64,000 nucleotides of DNA, from the NCBI GenBank assembly GCA_049999805.1, contig JBNGIO010006255.1, positions 47,400 to 111,399 on the forward strand, in the 5' to 3' direction. Below, piece after piece: positions 12,771-24,270 of the stretch. This DNA comes from Folioceros fuciformis. Its lineage: Eukaryota. Every line of letters begins with the position of its first letter. The stretch's first letter is position 1. The position numbers and the translations under genes were made by a program. The notes beneath the pieces are model-generated. The model was given only the letters and a program-made list of their open reading frames with translations, searched no databases and was not told the DNA's origin.

Positions 12771-13450
12771 ACCACAGCCTGCTCCACACAAATCAGACCA
12801 GGATCAGTTCATATCTCTCAACACCAATGAGAATGGAGTGTTGAAAAATCAGCAGAGCCGAAAAGACGGTACTCGTGATGCGACCATTTCGATCAACATC
12901 ATCCGGTGCACTGTCAACCGTTCCAGATGGCACTCCACGTACTGCTGAACCTTCTAGTTGCCTCGGAATCGAAAAGGGTCTCTCTCCAATAGGTTCCCAT
13001 CCAACAACCCAGGAGATGGATGTAAGGACAAATCAACGTCAGCAGGCTTTGCAAACCGAGGAAAGCGTGTGTCCAACTGTGTTGAAACCACCACACTTCT
13101 GGCAAGGTCTGGGTCCATCTGCAGCTGCCAACAAACAAATCCGTAACGGAGGATGTGTTGCACTCATTGCTGGTCACAGCACGGCTAGTATGAAGTTCGA
13201 GCTGCGGCAGACGCTCCCTCCTTCCCCGCCCCAGACAAATCGAGATGCCATCAAATCCTTTGGCAGCCAAGCTGCGAAGGACCTCGGTCTCCTGAAGAGA
13301 AAGGATGGGGGTATAGCCCATGGCACGCACTCTGAGTCGCATTTTGGCAAGCCATTAAAACGCGTAAACTAAATTACAACCGATGTCTGCCCACGGGGAT
13401 TCTACACCGAATTGTTACAGATCAATGCAAGTCGAAAATGGTGATTCGAA

Positions 13451-13528
13451 AACTTAATTTGTGGTCCATATAGAGGCTCACCTCTCTATTCCTTATGTAG
13501 TTACTCCATGAAGACCACAAATTAAGTT
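13451..13528. repeat. Perfect 16-bp inverted repeat (hairpin or MITE-like)
   Basis: aacttaatttgtggtc (13451-13466) and gaccacaaattaagtt (13513-13528). Confidence 0.85.
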
Positions 13529-14103
13529 CTATTTCGGGTTTAATCCACAAATCTTGTTGTATCCCCTTTTATAAGTTCTCTTACTAAAGGTTCATATTTT
13601 ATATATATTTTTGGTACTTAACATTCTTATGTCCCTTTGATGATGAGTTTCCTAGCTTGGAATCTATATGAGACATGGGTTTTAAAGTACTTAGACATGG
13701 CTATGAAATATGCTTTTAGGGAAGTAGAATTGAATATGGCAATTAGACATGCTTTGAGGGTACTTAGAAAAGAAACACCAAGGGTAGTGCTAGTATAAAA
13801 GGGGCTTATCCTCAAGTTATTTCTTAGTTGTGATTTGAAGTAGCAAGAAGCACTCGAGGTACTAGTTGTACACCAAGGTGTATTAATTTCACCAAATCGT
13901 TTAGCTACACAACAAGGCATATTATTTTCAAAAAATTTACCCTTTATAGTAAAGGTAAATCAGTATGTTTTGATATCATTGATTGGAGCTATGTATTAAA
14001 AATAAATAATTTACAAATTTCACAGTACTAGAGTAGGTATAGTTTGATTTTGTTATTGATGCATGAATTCTAATATATGTAGCTTTGGATCTCTATTGCA
14101 CAG

Positions 14104-15537
14104 ATGAAGAGAATATTATCCCTTAACATGGTATCTAGCGTTCTTTTTACGATCATATGCATCTTATTGGCGGTAACGGTACAAGGAGCTCATAATCATA
14201 GGTATAATGGATCCTTGTATTCGTTTGGTGATTCCTTGGCCGATGTAGGTAACAATAATCATTTGCACTTGAGAGCAAGTGCGAAAGCAAATTACTACCC
14301 ATATGGTCGGGAATTCGACACGAAGAAGGCAACAGGCCGCTTCAGCAACGGCCGTGTCTTGATGGACTATTTTGCAATCCAACTTGGATATGAAAAGTTC
14401 CCTCAACCCTATCTATATCACGCACCACACGCTGTGACGAATGAGGGCGTGAGTTTTGCTTCTGGTAAATCAGGATTGTTGCACGGTACTGGAAGACAAT
14501 ATGGACATGTTATACCATTCCATCGTCAGGTGCAATTGTTCCAACGAAGATTGGTGCCACGTCTTGCTAATCATCTTGAGCAACAGGGTGTCAAACACGT
14601 GAAACATCATGTTGCTAGACACTTGGCGTATTCGTTGTTTTATATTGACGTCGGTACTGATGACTTCACACAAAGAATTGTTGCCCATCGGAACATTTCT
14701 TCTAAACTACTTCACATAACTCTCATTAAGAGGATGGAGGTGAACATCAACAAGTTGTATGAGCAAGGAGCAAGGAAGTTCATCATAGCTGATGTTGGAT
14801 CTTTGGGTTGCTCACCGTTGGTTATTCATGCTACTAATTCGTCGGGATGCAACAAAGTTATTAATAAGCATATTCATGCTTATAACATGAAGATGAATCA
14901 ACATCTTCATAAACATTTTAGCAGCAAACTTCAAGATGCTCGATATGTTTTTCTTCCAACTCTTCACTCAAATAATGAGATTATTCAACACCCCGCTAAG
15001 TATGGATTTGAACATTCTGTTGACGCATGTTGCGGGGATGGAAACACTCCTTGTGGAACTCATGTCCAACATTGTGAAAATTCCAAGACTTTTATTTGGT
15101 GGGATCCATATCATTTCGTGTCTGATGTTTTTCAGACTATGGCAGCATGGTATTTTAGGGGGTCGGCACCCACTACTTTGCAAGGTTCTGGTAGCATACA
15201 AGGCTTGTGCAACGCCACTGTCTCGTACAATTGGGATATTACAATCAGCAATGGATCCAGTTCTAGTAGTTCTAGTAGTTCTAGCAGTTCTAGCAGTTCT
15301 AGCAGTTCTAATGGTTCTAATGGTTCTAGCAATTCGATGCCATTTGTGTATGAGCCCACCACCTCCTATGATTCTTCCCCGCCGCAATCAAGTTCTACTT
15401 ATACACCTGAGCCGTATCAGTGTGGTGGCAGTTCAAGCGGTAGCTATGATGATGAATACTCTTACTCTTATGCTCCTGGTGCTGCACCCTACTATTCAGA
15501 TGGTTGCACCAACGACCTTATCATCAATTCGAGTTAA
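14104..15537 (+). CDS. Secreted GDSL esterase/lipase-like protein, intronless, with Ser/Tyr-rich C-terminal extension
   Basis: Signal peptide; FGDSLADVGNN, PYG..TGRFSNGR, LYEQGARKF, GCSP, ACCG, WWDPYH. Confidence 0.92.
   Translation: MKRILSLNMVSSVLFTIICILLAVTVQGAHNHRYNGSLYSFGDSLADVGNNNHLHLRASAKANYYPYGREFDTKKATGRFSNGRVLMDYFAIQLGYEKFPQPYLYHAPHAVTNEGVSFASGKSGLLHGTGRQYGHVIPFHRQVQLFQRRLVPRLANHLEQQGVKHVKHHVARHLAYSLFYIDVGTDDFTQRIVAHRNISSKLLHITLIKRMEVNINKLYEQGARKFIIADVGSLGCSPLVIHATNSSGCNKVINKHIHAYNMKMNQHLHKHFSSKLQDARYVFLPTLHSNNEIIQHPAKYGFEHSVDACCGDGNTPCGTHVQHCENSKTFIWWDPYHFVSDVFQTMAAWYFRGSAPTTLQGSGSIQGLCNATVSYNWDITISNGSSSSSSSSSSSSSSSSSSNGSNGSSNSMPFVYEPTTSYDSSPPQSSSTYTPEPYQCGGSSSGSYDDEYSYSYAPGAAPYYSDGCTNDLIINSS
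15259..15330 (+). repeat. 9-bp tandem repeat x8 encoding poly-Ser/GSN
   Basis: agttctagt, agttctagc and ggttctaat units. Confidence 0.9.
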
Positions 15538-16616
15538 GACAAGATGATGACCTTTAGATTTATGTGAAAGAGCAATGCTCTTTCACAAGTAGGCTATCGT
15601 CTAGGAAGTGAACCATAGAATTTTAGAAATAGGCATCAACATGTTGGGCTAAGATTTTTTCTATTTCGTTTTTTTGAGTCCGGAGTTTTTGTTGGCTATT
15701 TTTTTTCTTTAGGGTTTAGGATTTTTGGTAGTGATTTTTTCCTCTTTTGAATTTAGGGCTTAGGGTTTTGTAAAATTGGATTCTAGCTTGGTTTGATAGA
15801 GGGGTGCATCTTGACATTGTTGGAACAAGCTTAATTTGTCCAATATGATATGTAAATGTGTGAATCTGACAATAAAATGTGCAAGTTGACCACACCATGT
15901 TGGCTTTTGAATGGCTAGGCAATGAATTGTTATCTATTTTTAAATTACCATTTTTAACTAGAAATAATTGGTAAAAATTCTGTGTAGAAATCCCGTGGCA
16001 GACGTATCCATAGTGGACTGACATAGAACTTAGAGTCCATGCTGTGGATATGCTGAAATGTCTCCCTGAGATGCCCCTCTAACCCTGGTTGTGGACCTGC
16101 TTGAGGAGTCCTGCTCCCCTAACCCTGGTTGTAGAAGTGTCTACGTGAGATGATTTCTGGATAAATGAAATATGAACTGCTCTCAATCACACTCTCAACC
16201 TAAACGGATTCACGTAACCTGATTCAAAAGGACGAAAGACACAGGATTTCCTCACAACATGAGCATTGGTGCAGTTCTTTTGGTTACGGATAAACGACAG
16301 CGGCGAGTGAGAGAGTGAAAACGACGAAAGCGAATGTCCCCAATAGTGGTGTGCAGAAGAGATATTGGGCAAATGTGCATTCATGCACGAAGTTATCGAC
16401 CCAACGGGAGGCAGTAGAGAGAGGGGGGATAGAGAGATCGAAGGTAGCGGTTCTTATTGGCGCTGGCGAGATAAGGTCTCTGAATCTCTCTCGTTCCCGA
16501 TCCTGCTCCTCCTCAACCCTCAAACTAGTGGCCGTTACCGTCGTGGTGAGAGTGTGAGCGCAAGCGTCCTTCAGAATTCGTTCGCCGCAGTCTGCGTCCC
16601 TGCCTCTGCCTGCGCA

Positions 16617-17623
16617 ATGGCTGCCACCGCTGCGACCGCGTCCGGCCTCGCTGTGCAGCAGGCGAGCAGCCTGAGCTCCGCTTCCCGGAGCTTTGTGGCC
16701 GGCAGTGCGTCCGTGTCCGTGAAGGTGGCCCCCGTCTCCCTGGTGAGGGCGGCCGTTGTGACCTGCAGGGCGGAGAAGGTTGAGGAGGAGCAGCAGCAGG
16801 TGACCAGGCGGTTGGCCTTGGCTCTCTTCGCGGGAGCCGCTGTGGTCGGAAGCCGGGCCCAACCTGCTAATGCCGCCTACGGCGAGCAGGCCAATGTCTT
16901 CGGCGCCCCTAAGGTGCAATCTGGATTCACCACGCTTGTCAAGGACAAGTTCAAGATTGACGTCCCGTCCAAGTGGAACCCCAGTAAGGAGGTGGAGTTC
17001 CCCGGGCAGGTGCTGAGATACGAGGACAACTTCGATGCCACCTCGAATGTGAGCGTCAGTGTCGTGGATACTGACAAGTCCGATATTTCTGATTACGGCA
17101 GTCCCGAGGAGTTCGTCGGCCAAGTAATGCACTTTGCCCTTGCTCGCGCTGGTTCCGATCTGGCTTCCTTGAGCTGTGGAAGGTCCTCCTGACTAATGGC
17201 TTGTTTCAATTACAGGTATCCTACCTGTTTGGCAAGTCTAGCTACACCGGCAAGACCGGCTCCGAGGTGAGCCCCTCTGGCGAATCACTCTCTGTCCTCG
17301 TTGGTGAATTTGTTCTGCTCTGATTAAAGCTCGAGCTTAAATGTTTGTCGTTGCAGGGAGGGTTTGATCGTGATGCCGTCTCCACTGCCAACATCCTAGA
17401 GGCCTCAGAGAAAGAGGTTAATGGGAAGAAGTATTATTATGTGTCCGTGCTCACCCGCACAGCCGACGGTGATGAGGGTGGCAGACACCAATTGGTTGTC
17501 GGAGCCGTGGCCGAAGGGAAGCTGTACATTGTGAAGGCTCAGGCTGGTGACAAGAGGTGGTTCAAGGGTGCCAAGAAATTCGTTGAGGGCTCGGCCAATT
17601 CATTCAACGTCAATGTAGCTTAG
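16617..17623 (+). CDS. PSBP: Photosystem II oxygen-evolving enhancer protein 2, 3 exons
   Basis: Bipartite transit peptide with RR and [58 protein letters not shown]. Confidence 0.97.
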
Positions 17624-18185
17624 ACATTTCAGGACCAACCCGAGACTATCAGTCGATCTTCCCGTTGCAATACCAGTTTGTGACTGTATATGTCACAAGG
17701 TGTATGTACCTGTCAAAACATCCTCCTCTCTTAAGAGATGTCATGGACAATCAGACTTGTAATACAATTTTCTCGATTCGACATGTACTGAACTGAACTG
17801 CTGTATATCAGTATCATCTGGCATTTTCTTCAGGGTTTCAAATCCAATTGCCAAGATTTAAAACTAAAGTACAGATCTTAATCCCAGGCACATAGAAACC
17901 GTGCCCAGGGCAATCTATCCATGCCACTAGAAAAGGAAAGTGTGCGATCACCTGTAAACACCGATCACCCAAGTTTCCTAGAAAAAACATATGCCGGACA
18001 GGACATCCTTCGAAGTAAGATTCCACAGATTATTGTCACAGCTCTGCGGTCTTCACCCAAGGGAAATATCAGCATTTTGCCCAACGTGGGAAGCGTACCA
18101 GACACACAGCTTCAAGGGGAAGTGCACACACAGTACCAGCTGGATGGCTACATTGGCCAATCCCTGCTCGAAGTGCAGATTAACG

Positions 18186-18746
18186 CTAGGCCGAGACAGG
18201 AGATGTTGAAGTGGGGATCCCTCGCTTACTGGCCTGCAGCAGAGCCCAGGCCTTGGCCCGCTCTGCACCGTCCTTCCAACGCTTCACTCTGGCAGAGTCT
18301 CGTCTTGCTGTAGCCAGCCTCATAGATTTGATCTTTTCCTGCGCTTGCTTCTCGGCAAACTCCGATCTCTGCAGCATGCGCTTCTTGTGCTTCCGATTCT
18401 TGAAGCTGCCTTCGTTAGGGCGAGAGGGAGGAACTTCCTCGTCCTTGCCAACTTTGATCCAAGCATACGGTCCATTCCCCTTCCTCAACAAGGCTCTCTT
18501 TGCGTAACTCCGCTCCTTGAACCACATACATGCCAGACCCGAGACCCTGTTGCCTTGAAACAGCCGCTCCCCGCATGGTTGCAGTCTTTGCACAAGAGCG
18601 GCTCCGAGCTGCGCACAGCCACCCGACCAGAAATCCCGACGAAGAATACCGGCAGCGTGGTGCGCTTGGATCCTGTCAGGGCCGTGCACGCTTAGGAAGA
18701 AGCGGCTCGCTTGCCTCAGGGCTTGCATCGTTCGGACTGTAGTCAT
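18186..18746 (-). CDS. Plant mitoribosomal large-subunit protein mL87-like
   Basis: Mitochondrial presequence; GPYAW..PNEGSFKNRKHKKRMLQRSEF resembles the mL87 core I recall (GPYAY..PNEGSVKRRNAKKRIGQRRAF); basic helical tail. Confidence 0.7.
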   Translation of the reverse strand: MTTVRTMQALRQASRFFLSVHGPDRIQAHHAAGILRRDFWSGGCAQLGAALVQRLQPCGERLFQGNRVSGLACMWFKERSYAKRALLRKGNGPYAWIKVGKDEEVPPSRPNEGSFKNRKHKKRMLQRSEFAEKQAQEKIKSMRLATARRDSARVKRWKDGAERAKAWALLQASKRGIPTSTSPVSA

Positions 18747-19271
18747 GGCCTGTTCGCATGTGCACAGCAACTCTCTGCACACGAGGACTCCTAGGTTTGT
18801 ACTTAAGGTTCCAGACAGCTCATTCGCGCCGCGGGTACCCAAGGACCACGCGACGTTCTGAACATCGAAGGCACACGGTTTCGACCCGCTCAACCCTCAC
18901 GCTGATTATGTTGCGTTGTGGCAGTATCGGAACTGGCTGGAGCGGAAGTTGATTGCCATGAAGACGGCTAAGATCCTGAGGTAGCGCCTGACGCAATGCA
19001 TTCCATCGAGCAAGAAGGGGTCAAACAGACACTTCTACCAATGTCAGGATGCTGTGCAGCGGTACCAGAGATCCATCAAGGACATCGTCTGGGCAAGGAC
19101 GCTCGCCTGTCCTACATGGGAAAGGATTTCTCGCCAGGCTAGCCTGCTATGAAGTGTGTGGGATACCAAGGTCTTGACTGGCCAATTCCTCACAAATGTT
19201 TTCCTCTGCGCGCATAGCACCCATCAGATGGTTGATTTCCGTCCAGAATTTAGTTCGGACTTATTCAACAT

Positions 19272-19327
19272 GGTGGATTGCAGTGTTCAGGTGGATTGCA
19301 GTGTTCAGGTGGATTGCAGTGTTCAGG
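19272..19327. repeat. 18-bp tandem repeat x3
   Basis: ggtggattgcagtgttca x3, downstream of the DHQS-II stop codon. Confidence 0.9.
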
Positions 19328-19407
19328 ATTCTCTCTTTGGTGTTCGTTTGGCAGCGCCAGCATGGACAGATTTAAGTCATAACTTGTGGTCCAGAGTTGT
19401 TTGTCAG

Positions 19408-21322
19408 TCACTTCTCCAGCACGAACTCCTGAACTTGAATCCCAGTATGGCGAGCTCCCCCCTGAATGCTCAACAACACGGTGTCCTCCACTCTCAGGCT
19501 CGTTACTGGGATGGCCAGGCTTCCTTCATTTTCCGTCAGGGCTGCACGAGCGATATCGACAAATCACGCACAGTAGTCTGGCAGAGGGGGAGGATGGAAA
19601 GAAAGATCATGTCCCTACCTGTGGAGGGCTGGACCAGACAGACTGTTTCTGCGTTTTGAAGGAGTAGGCTGTGCTGTGAACCATCGGCCTGCATCCGGTA
19701 GGCAAGGAGGTTGAGTCAGTGCCAACATACACTTCGCTGTGCTTCAAGCTCTACTAGAAGGACTTCCTGATATATTGGTACAACACACCTCTGCTTCCAC
19801 GAGCATCAGCGGCCTCGATTCGATCTTCAACCGACCAACCAGAACGGACCGTGTCTGCCCACTCTCGTCAGCCACGAGTACCTCAACCCCAGTTCGCAAC
19901 TCGGAGAGATACGACGTCCTCCCACCGGGCATGGCCACATAGGCATGAACAGGACCCTGGCATGGCAAACCTGATCATGGGTTCAATGGCACCAACCATC
20001 CAGTCAGGAGGCGCAGTAACAGCTTCTGCGCGCTCCCACTGCTTACCGCATTTACACGGAAAGGTCGGCTGGCAATATACGACGACTCCAGACACTCTGA
20101 ATGCACCAGAAACAAAGCCCTTGCAAAAGAGCCAACCTGAAGAGGAAAGGCAAGTCAGCAGAGCCCCAACAAATGGCAACCTTCCGCCTGATGGTAGACT
20201 CAGCACCTACCAAGAGCCCTTCACCAGGTCGCAACAAGCTGCATAGATCTACGCAGACCCTGTCCCCCATGCCAACAGGTTCGACTCTTGTAACGGTAGC
20301 CGAAGTCAATTTCACCCTGCTCTCAAGAGCAATCCTGGATTGCAAGTATGCCTGGTTAAAACCAGACATTAGAGCTCCCTCGGGAGGTTATACAAAACTA
20401 CAGCCCAGCAGACGTACACCACAACCTGAGCACCTCGGGAAACAAAGACTAACAACCTTAAGGTCGAAAACCTCCGCAGGATCCTCTGTCTTCAGCAGGA
20501 TACCATCAGTCCCTGTCTCCAGAGCCTGAAAGCCAACCGAAGTCATCAAGATGATTGAGACTTCAGTAACACAAACCAGCCACCACGTCCTTTTCTCAAT
20601 CACCTCGAAACACAGTTTCGCATCCATCGCAGAACTCGCTGTAGCAAAGATAGACGATGGGCTGTTTTGAAACGCCGCCACCATATTCTCAGCTGGAATC
20701 ATCTGTCCACAGGCCCCCGCATAAATATCCATCCAATGCAACCAAGACTGCCGCAACCAGGAGCAAGCAGGACCCCAGTACCTGCCACTCCAAAGCATCC
20801 ATAACCACAATGTCCGCCTTCCCAACAAGCGACCTCACCACATCCTGTTCATTCCCAGAAGCCACCTCTCCCAGAACTGCAACCTGATTGCTCTCCTTGT
20901 CATAGAATTGCCTGTCCCTGAGCAACAGAGGCTCTATCCTCGCCACCGCTGCCAGTCCATCACAAACGCCGCTTCAGCAAGACAGACAACGTGCTTGCCA
21001 AAATCGCAACACGACCAGCTAAGCCGAACCGAGCCGAGGCCGAGCTCCTACTGTTCCAAGCCTCCGCCAGCCCCTGGGTCTGCGGTGTGAATACGAAGGT
21101 AGTCCATCCTCGCTCCACAGCCGCTTTCATCACATCCTTGTTCCGAGTCCACACCCACACTTTCTTCTCCCCCGCGCGCATTCTCACACCCCACGCCTGC
21201 ATTCTCACACCGCACGCCTGCCTCCCAGCTCGAATCCCGCAGGCCGCAGCAGCCACTGCTCCCATGGGCCCCGATCCCCGCTGGCGCTGAATCTGTAGCT
21301 GCGGCACCGGCAGGGCCATCAT
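19408..21322 (-). CDS. 3-dehydroquinate synthase type II homolog (archaeal aroB'-like), plastid-targeted, multi-exon
   Basis: [79 protein letters not shown]. Confidence 0.9.
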
Positions 21323-21519
21323 TGTTGAGCCCTTATTCACCCAGAGAAAGCCACACTGCAGAGCGGGAGTTTTGGAAGCTCAAGCTCCGATGGCGGAGCT
21401 GGCGTCGGAGGCGATCTCGAGTTGGTTTCAGGAGGGGCTAGCGCCCGGTTCGCGCTCAGACCGGCGCCGGGGCTGCGAGCGAAGAGGGGAATGGGGTCGG
21501 GTGTTCTGCGGGCGAGGGA

Positions 21520-21925
21520 GCAGATGGTGTTGGACGGACTTGGTCAGAAAGATGTGATGGCATGGAATTCATGGCCTGACTACATGGTATTCCAAACAGG
21601 ACATCTAATAGGGCAGAAAGCTCTTCGTCTCTACAGTGGTGTGCGAGAAAGAGGCACCGCTGTTCCCAATCCTGCGACGTTTTGTGTCCCTCCTGCAGGC
21701 AAGAGCCAGTCTGGGCGAGTCAGTCTGGGAATGCCAGCTCTGGGGATGCAGAGCAGCTTCATGGATAGGTGAAAGAACGAGGATATCAAGCTGATGGGCC
21801 TGTTGGTCGCAAAGTATGGCAGCTTGGAAGATTCTCACAGAGTGTTTGATGGACTTGCTCAAACAGATGTGACGGGTGGGCTGCTGTGATAGCAGGGTAC
21901 TCCCAGCAGCGACTGAGCCTGGTAG
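21520..21925 (+). pseudogene. Decayed PLS-class PPR gene fragment
   Basis: VLDGLGQKDVMAWNS..GQKALRLYSGVRERGTAVPNPATF; AEQLHG*VKERGYQAD; AKYGSLEDSHRVFDGLAQTDV/WAAVIAGYSQQ, with a stop codon and frameshifts. Confidence 0.75.
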
Positions 21926-23649
21926 TCTCGACAGTGCCACGGAAATTCTGGCACAAGTGTGTGACTCCTGCAGGCACGTGCAAGTGCCGGCAATCTGGCT
22001 GTGGAGAGACAGAAGCAGACTGCCTTCATGCACACAGATTACAGCTTCAAGCACATGACTACCCGCGATGTTGATGTATCTCTTCTGCTATTTCCCGTCA
22101 TTCAAGTGCGTCACATGGGAACGTGGCATGTGCACCTGTGCTTGGGCTTCTGCTTCTCCTTGCCGAAACCATGAACTAGTACCACGTGCATCATCTTTAC
22201 AGATGAGGAGGAGGAGGGAGGGGGTCTGGGTGCACACAACAGAAAGCTGAGGTCAGAAGTCGACAAACACAACACGGATTTGGCGAAACCGAAGTAGAGG
22301 TGACATGGTTCAGAAGATTGCCTTCGATCTTATCAGTCACGAACTTGTAAACGGTGGGACAGGAAAACCGTTCAAATGATTTCCTCATTTCTTTGAAGGT
22401 GTGTTCTCGAGTCTTATTTTTTGGATCTTTCATGCCAATCAGCTTCGGTTTGCCTGCGGATGATTCTGCTTGCATTGGATCGTCATACAAGGACGGCTGT
22501 AGTGTTAAAGCCTAGTTCACAGTCTTCGTTACAACGCTTCTTGCAGCTACCGAGGATTTCTACGAGGAATGGGGATTTGGTGTTGTCGACCGGCTTGTGG
22601 AGCATCTTGCCCAGTGGAGCTGTGCAGTTGCATTCCCCTGAACTAGCTGTGGGTCCCTTGACTCACCTGAAACATTTTTGAAGGGACAACTGCAGATTGT
22701 TTCATGTCAGGCAGCTGATTGAAGAGGTAACCTATGGCTCAGAGGGTGGGCAAATGGCAGCTGGTGACCCCGTCCAAGTCTTACCGATTGCTTGGCATGT
22801 TCTCGCTCGAGGGCGATGTTGAGGTTCTCACGAGACACACAGAAGTCACAGTCTCCTCCCAGGATATCTCAGCTGTGGGCCGTGTTAGGGCTTCTTGTAG
22901 GCTACTTCTTGCGCTTCTCACTGTTGCACCGTCATGAACGGGATGAGAAGAAATTATGCTAGTCGTCTTTTACGGTATCCAGCCCATCTCAGGCAAGGAG
23001 CAGCAGATTTTAGAGAAGAGCCATCAGGTATCCAGGCAGTGCAGCTTCGTCTTCTTGCCCGCCTAGCAGAGTTAGTGCGTAAATGTTTTAGGAATGTACG
23101 AGGCTAAGCCTTTGTGCGACAGGGAGGGAGCGTCTAAGGCGTCAAAAACCTTGCTGTCCAAAATCTTTCACAGAGTTGTGTCCCCACAGTCACTTACAAG
23201 CATTACGTCCACTGAAAGATCGACACAAATCTATTGCACCCTGCAGTTTAATTTTCAATGCTTGTTGTCAAGACAGTAGTCCCGAGGCGCCTGATGGGTG
23301 GCCCGTGATGAGAATAGAATGTTGTCCACCACACTGTTGACCATTGCCAAGAATGAGAGACTCCGCCGTTCAGGCATTGGAAAATCCTGTTCTCCACTCC
23401 TGACAATACGGAATACATGGGATTACAATTTCACAGTTAAGACTGTGTGCAAGTCGATATCATCAAAGCAAACAAAGGCGTGCAGTTCAAGACTAGCTAT
23501 GTATGTGCCCAGCTGCCTCTGCACATAACGCAGATATATGCATACAGTACATCCAGTGGAACCATTTACAATAACCAATTACCGATATCAATCGCTAATT
23601 ACAAGGAGGAATCCAGCAAGCAATCTGCAGTTCTTGTGGTTCGATTCTG

Positions 23650-24270
23650 TCAAAGTCCTTCGCTATGGAGGTGCCGACCTGGTGTGTTGGTACGTACCGT
23701 ACTGATGAGAATGTAGTGCAGCAGGCTGATTACCATACTGAAGAATGAGGAAACAGCGGCGACAATAAAAATTTCATTGGCCAACCCCTCGCAACGTAGC
23801 ACACCGCTTGCATCGGAGAATGTCCCCTTAGTATGCGCAATAATGTTGTTTACGGAGGCGACAAGCAACAATATCTCGGCGAGAACAAAGGAAGCCCAAA
23901 CAAGGATGAAGGTACAAAGAGCGGATGCAGGCCGGATCCTGGGAAATATATCGCAATTGTAGTGAACCCCCCAGTAAAAACATTTGGTCACAGCGGAAAC
24001 GCCAATATGGCCTAAGAGAAGACAAACCATGGCTCCAGCTCCGAAGCCCGACGCCACTACGCTGCTGTGTTCGCAATATACACGACGTCCATCCGGGTAA
24101 GAAGGATCGTCAACGAAGACCAGTGAACCCTTGGTTCTGTTGGCGTCTCCACCTAACGCAAGTCCAACAGCAATCAAGTCCATCACGACCACAAACAGAA
24201 TAACTCTGCGTGACGTTGGCTCAAGCCTGCGCCAGCCGAACCTGTTTGCCATTCGTCCAAGCCTGTCCAT
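23650..24270 (-). CDS. DUF1218 (MWL-like) multi-pass membrane protein, intronless
   Basis: Four TM segments; DLIAVGLALG, YC..S.VASGFG.GA, VTKCF, WASFVLAEILLL, HTK, C...IFIVAA pattern. Confidence 0.75.
   Translation of the reverse strand: MDRLGRMANRFGWRRLEPTSRRVILFVVVMDLIAVGLALGGDANRTKGSLVFVDDPSYPDGRRVYCEHSSVVASGFGAGAMVCLLLGHIGVSAVTKCFYWGVHYNCDIFPRIRPASALCTFILVWASFVLAEILLLVASVNNIIAHTKGTFSDASGVLRCEGLANEIFIVAAVSSFFSMVISLLHYILISTVRTNTPGRHLHSEGL

Larger units (their letters stand above)
13385..16003. mobile_element. Putative non-autonomous TIR element (Pack-MULE-like) enclosing the GDSL gene
   Basis: 13385-13452 and 15937-16003 are imperfect inverted repeats (gtctgcccacggggattctacaccgaattgttac.. 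versus reverse complement gtctgccacgggatttctacacagaatttttac..). The interior is markedly AT-rich. No transposase or clear TSD seen. Confidence 0.5.

Noticed and set aside
22197-22940. Short ORFs between the PPR relic and the DUF1218 gene
   Set aside because: No recognisable domain or consistent exon chain.
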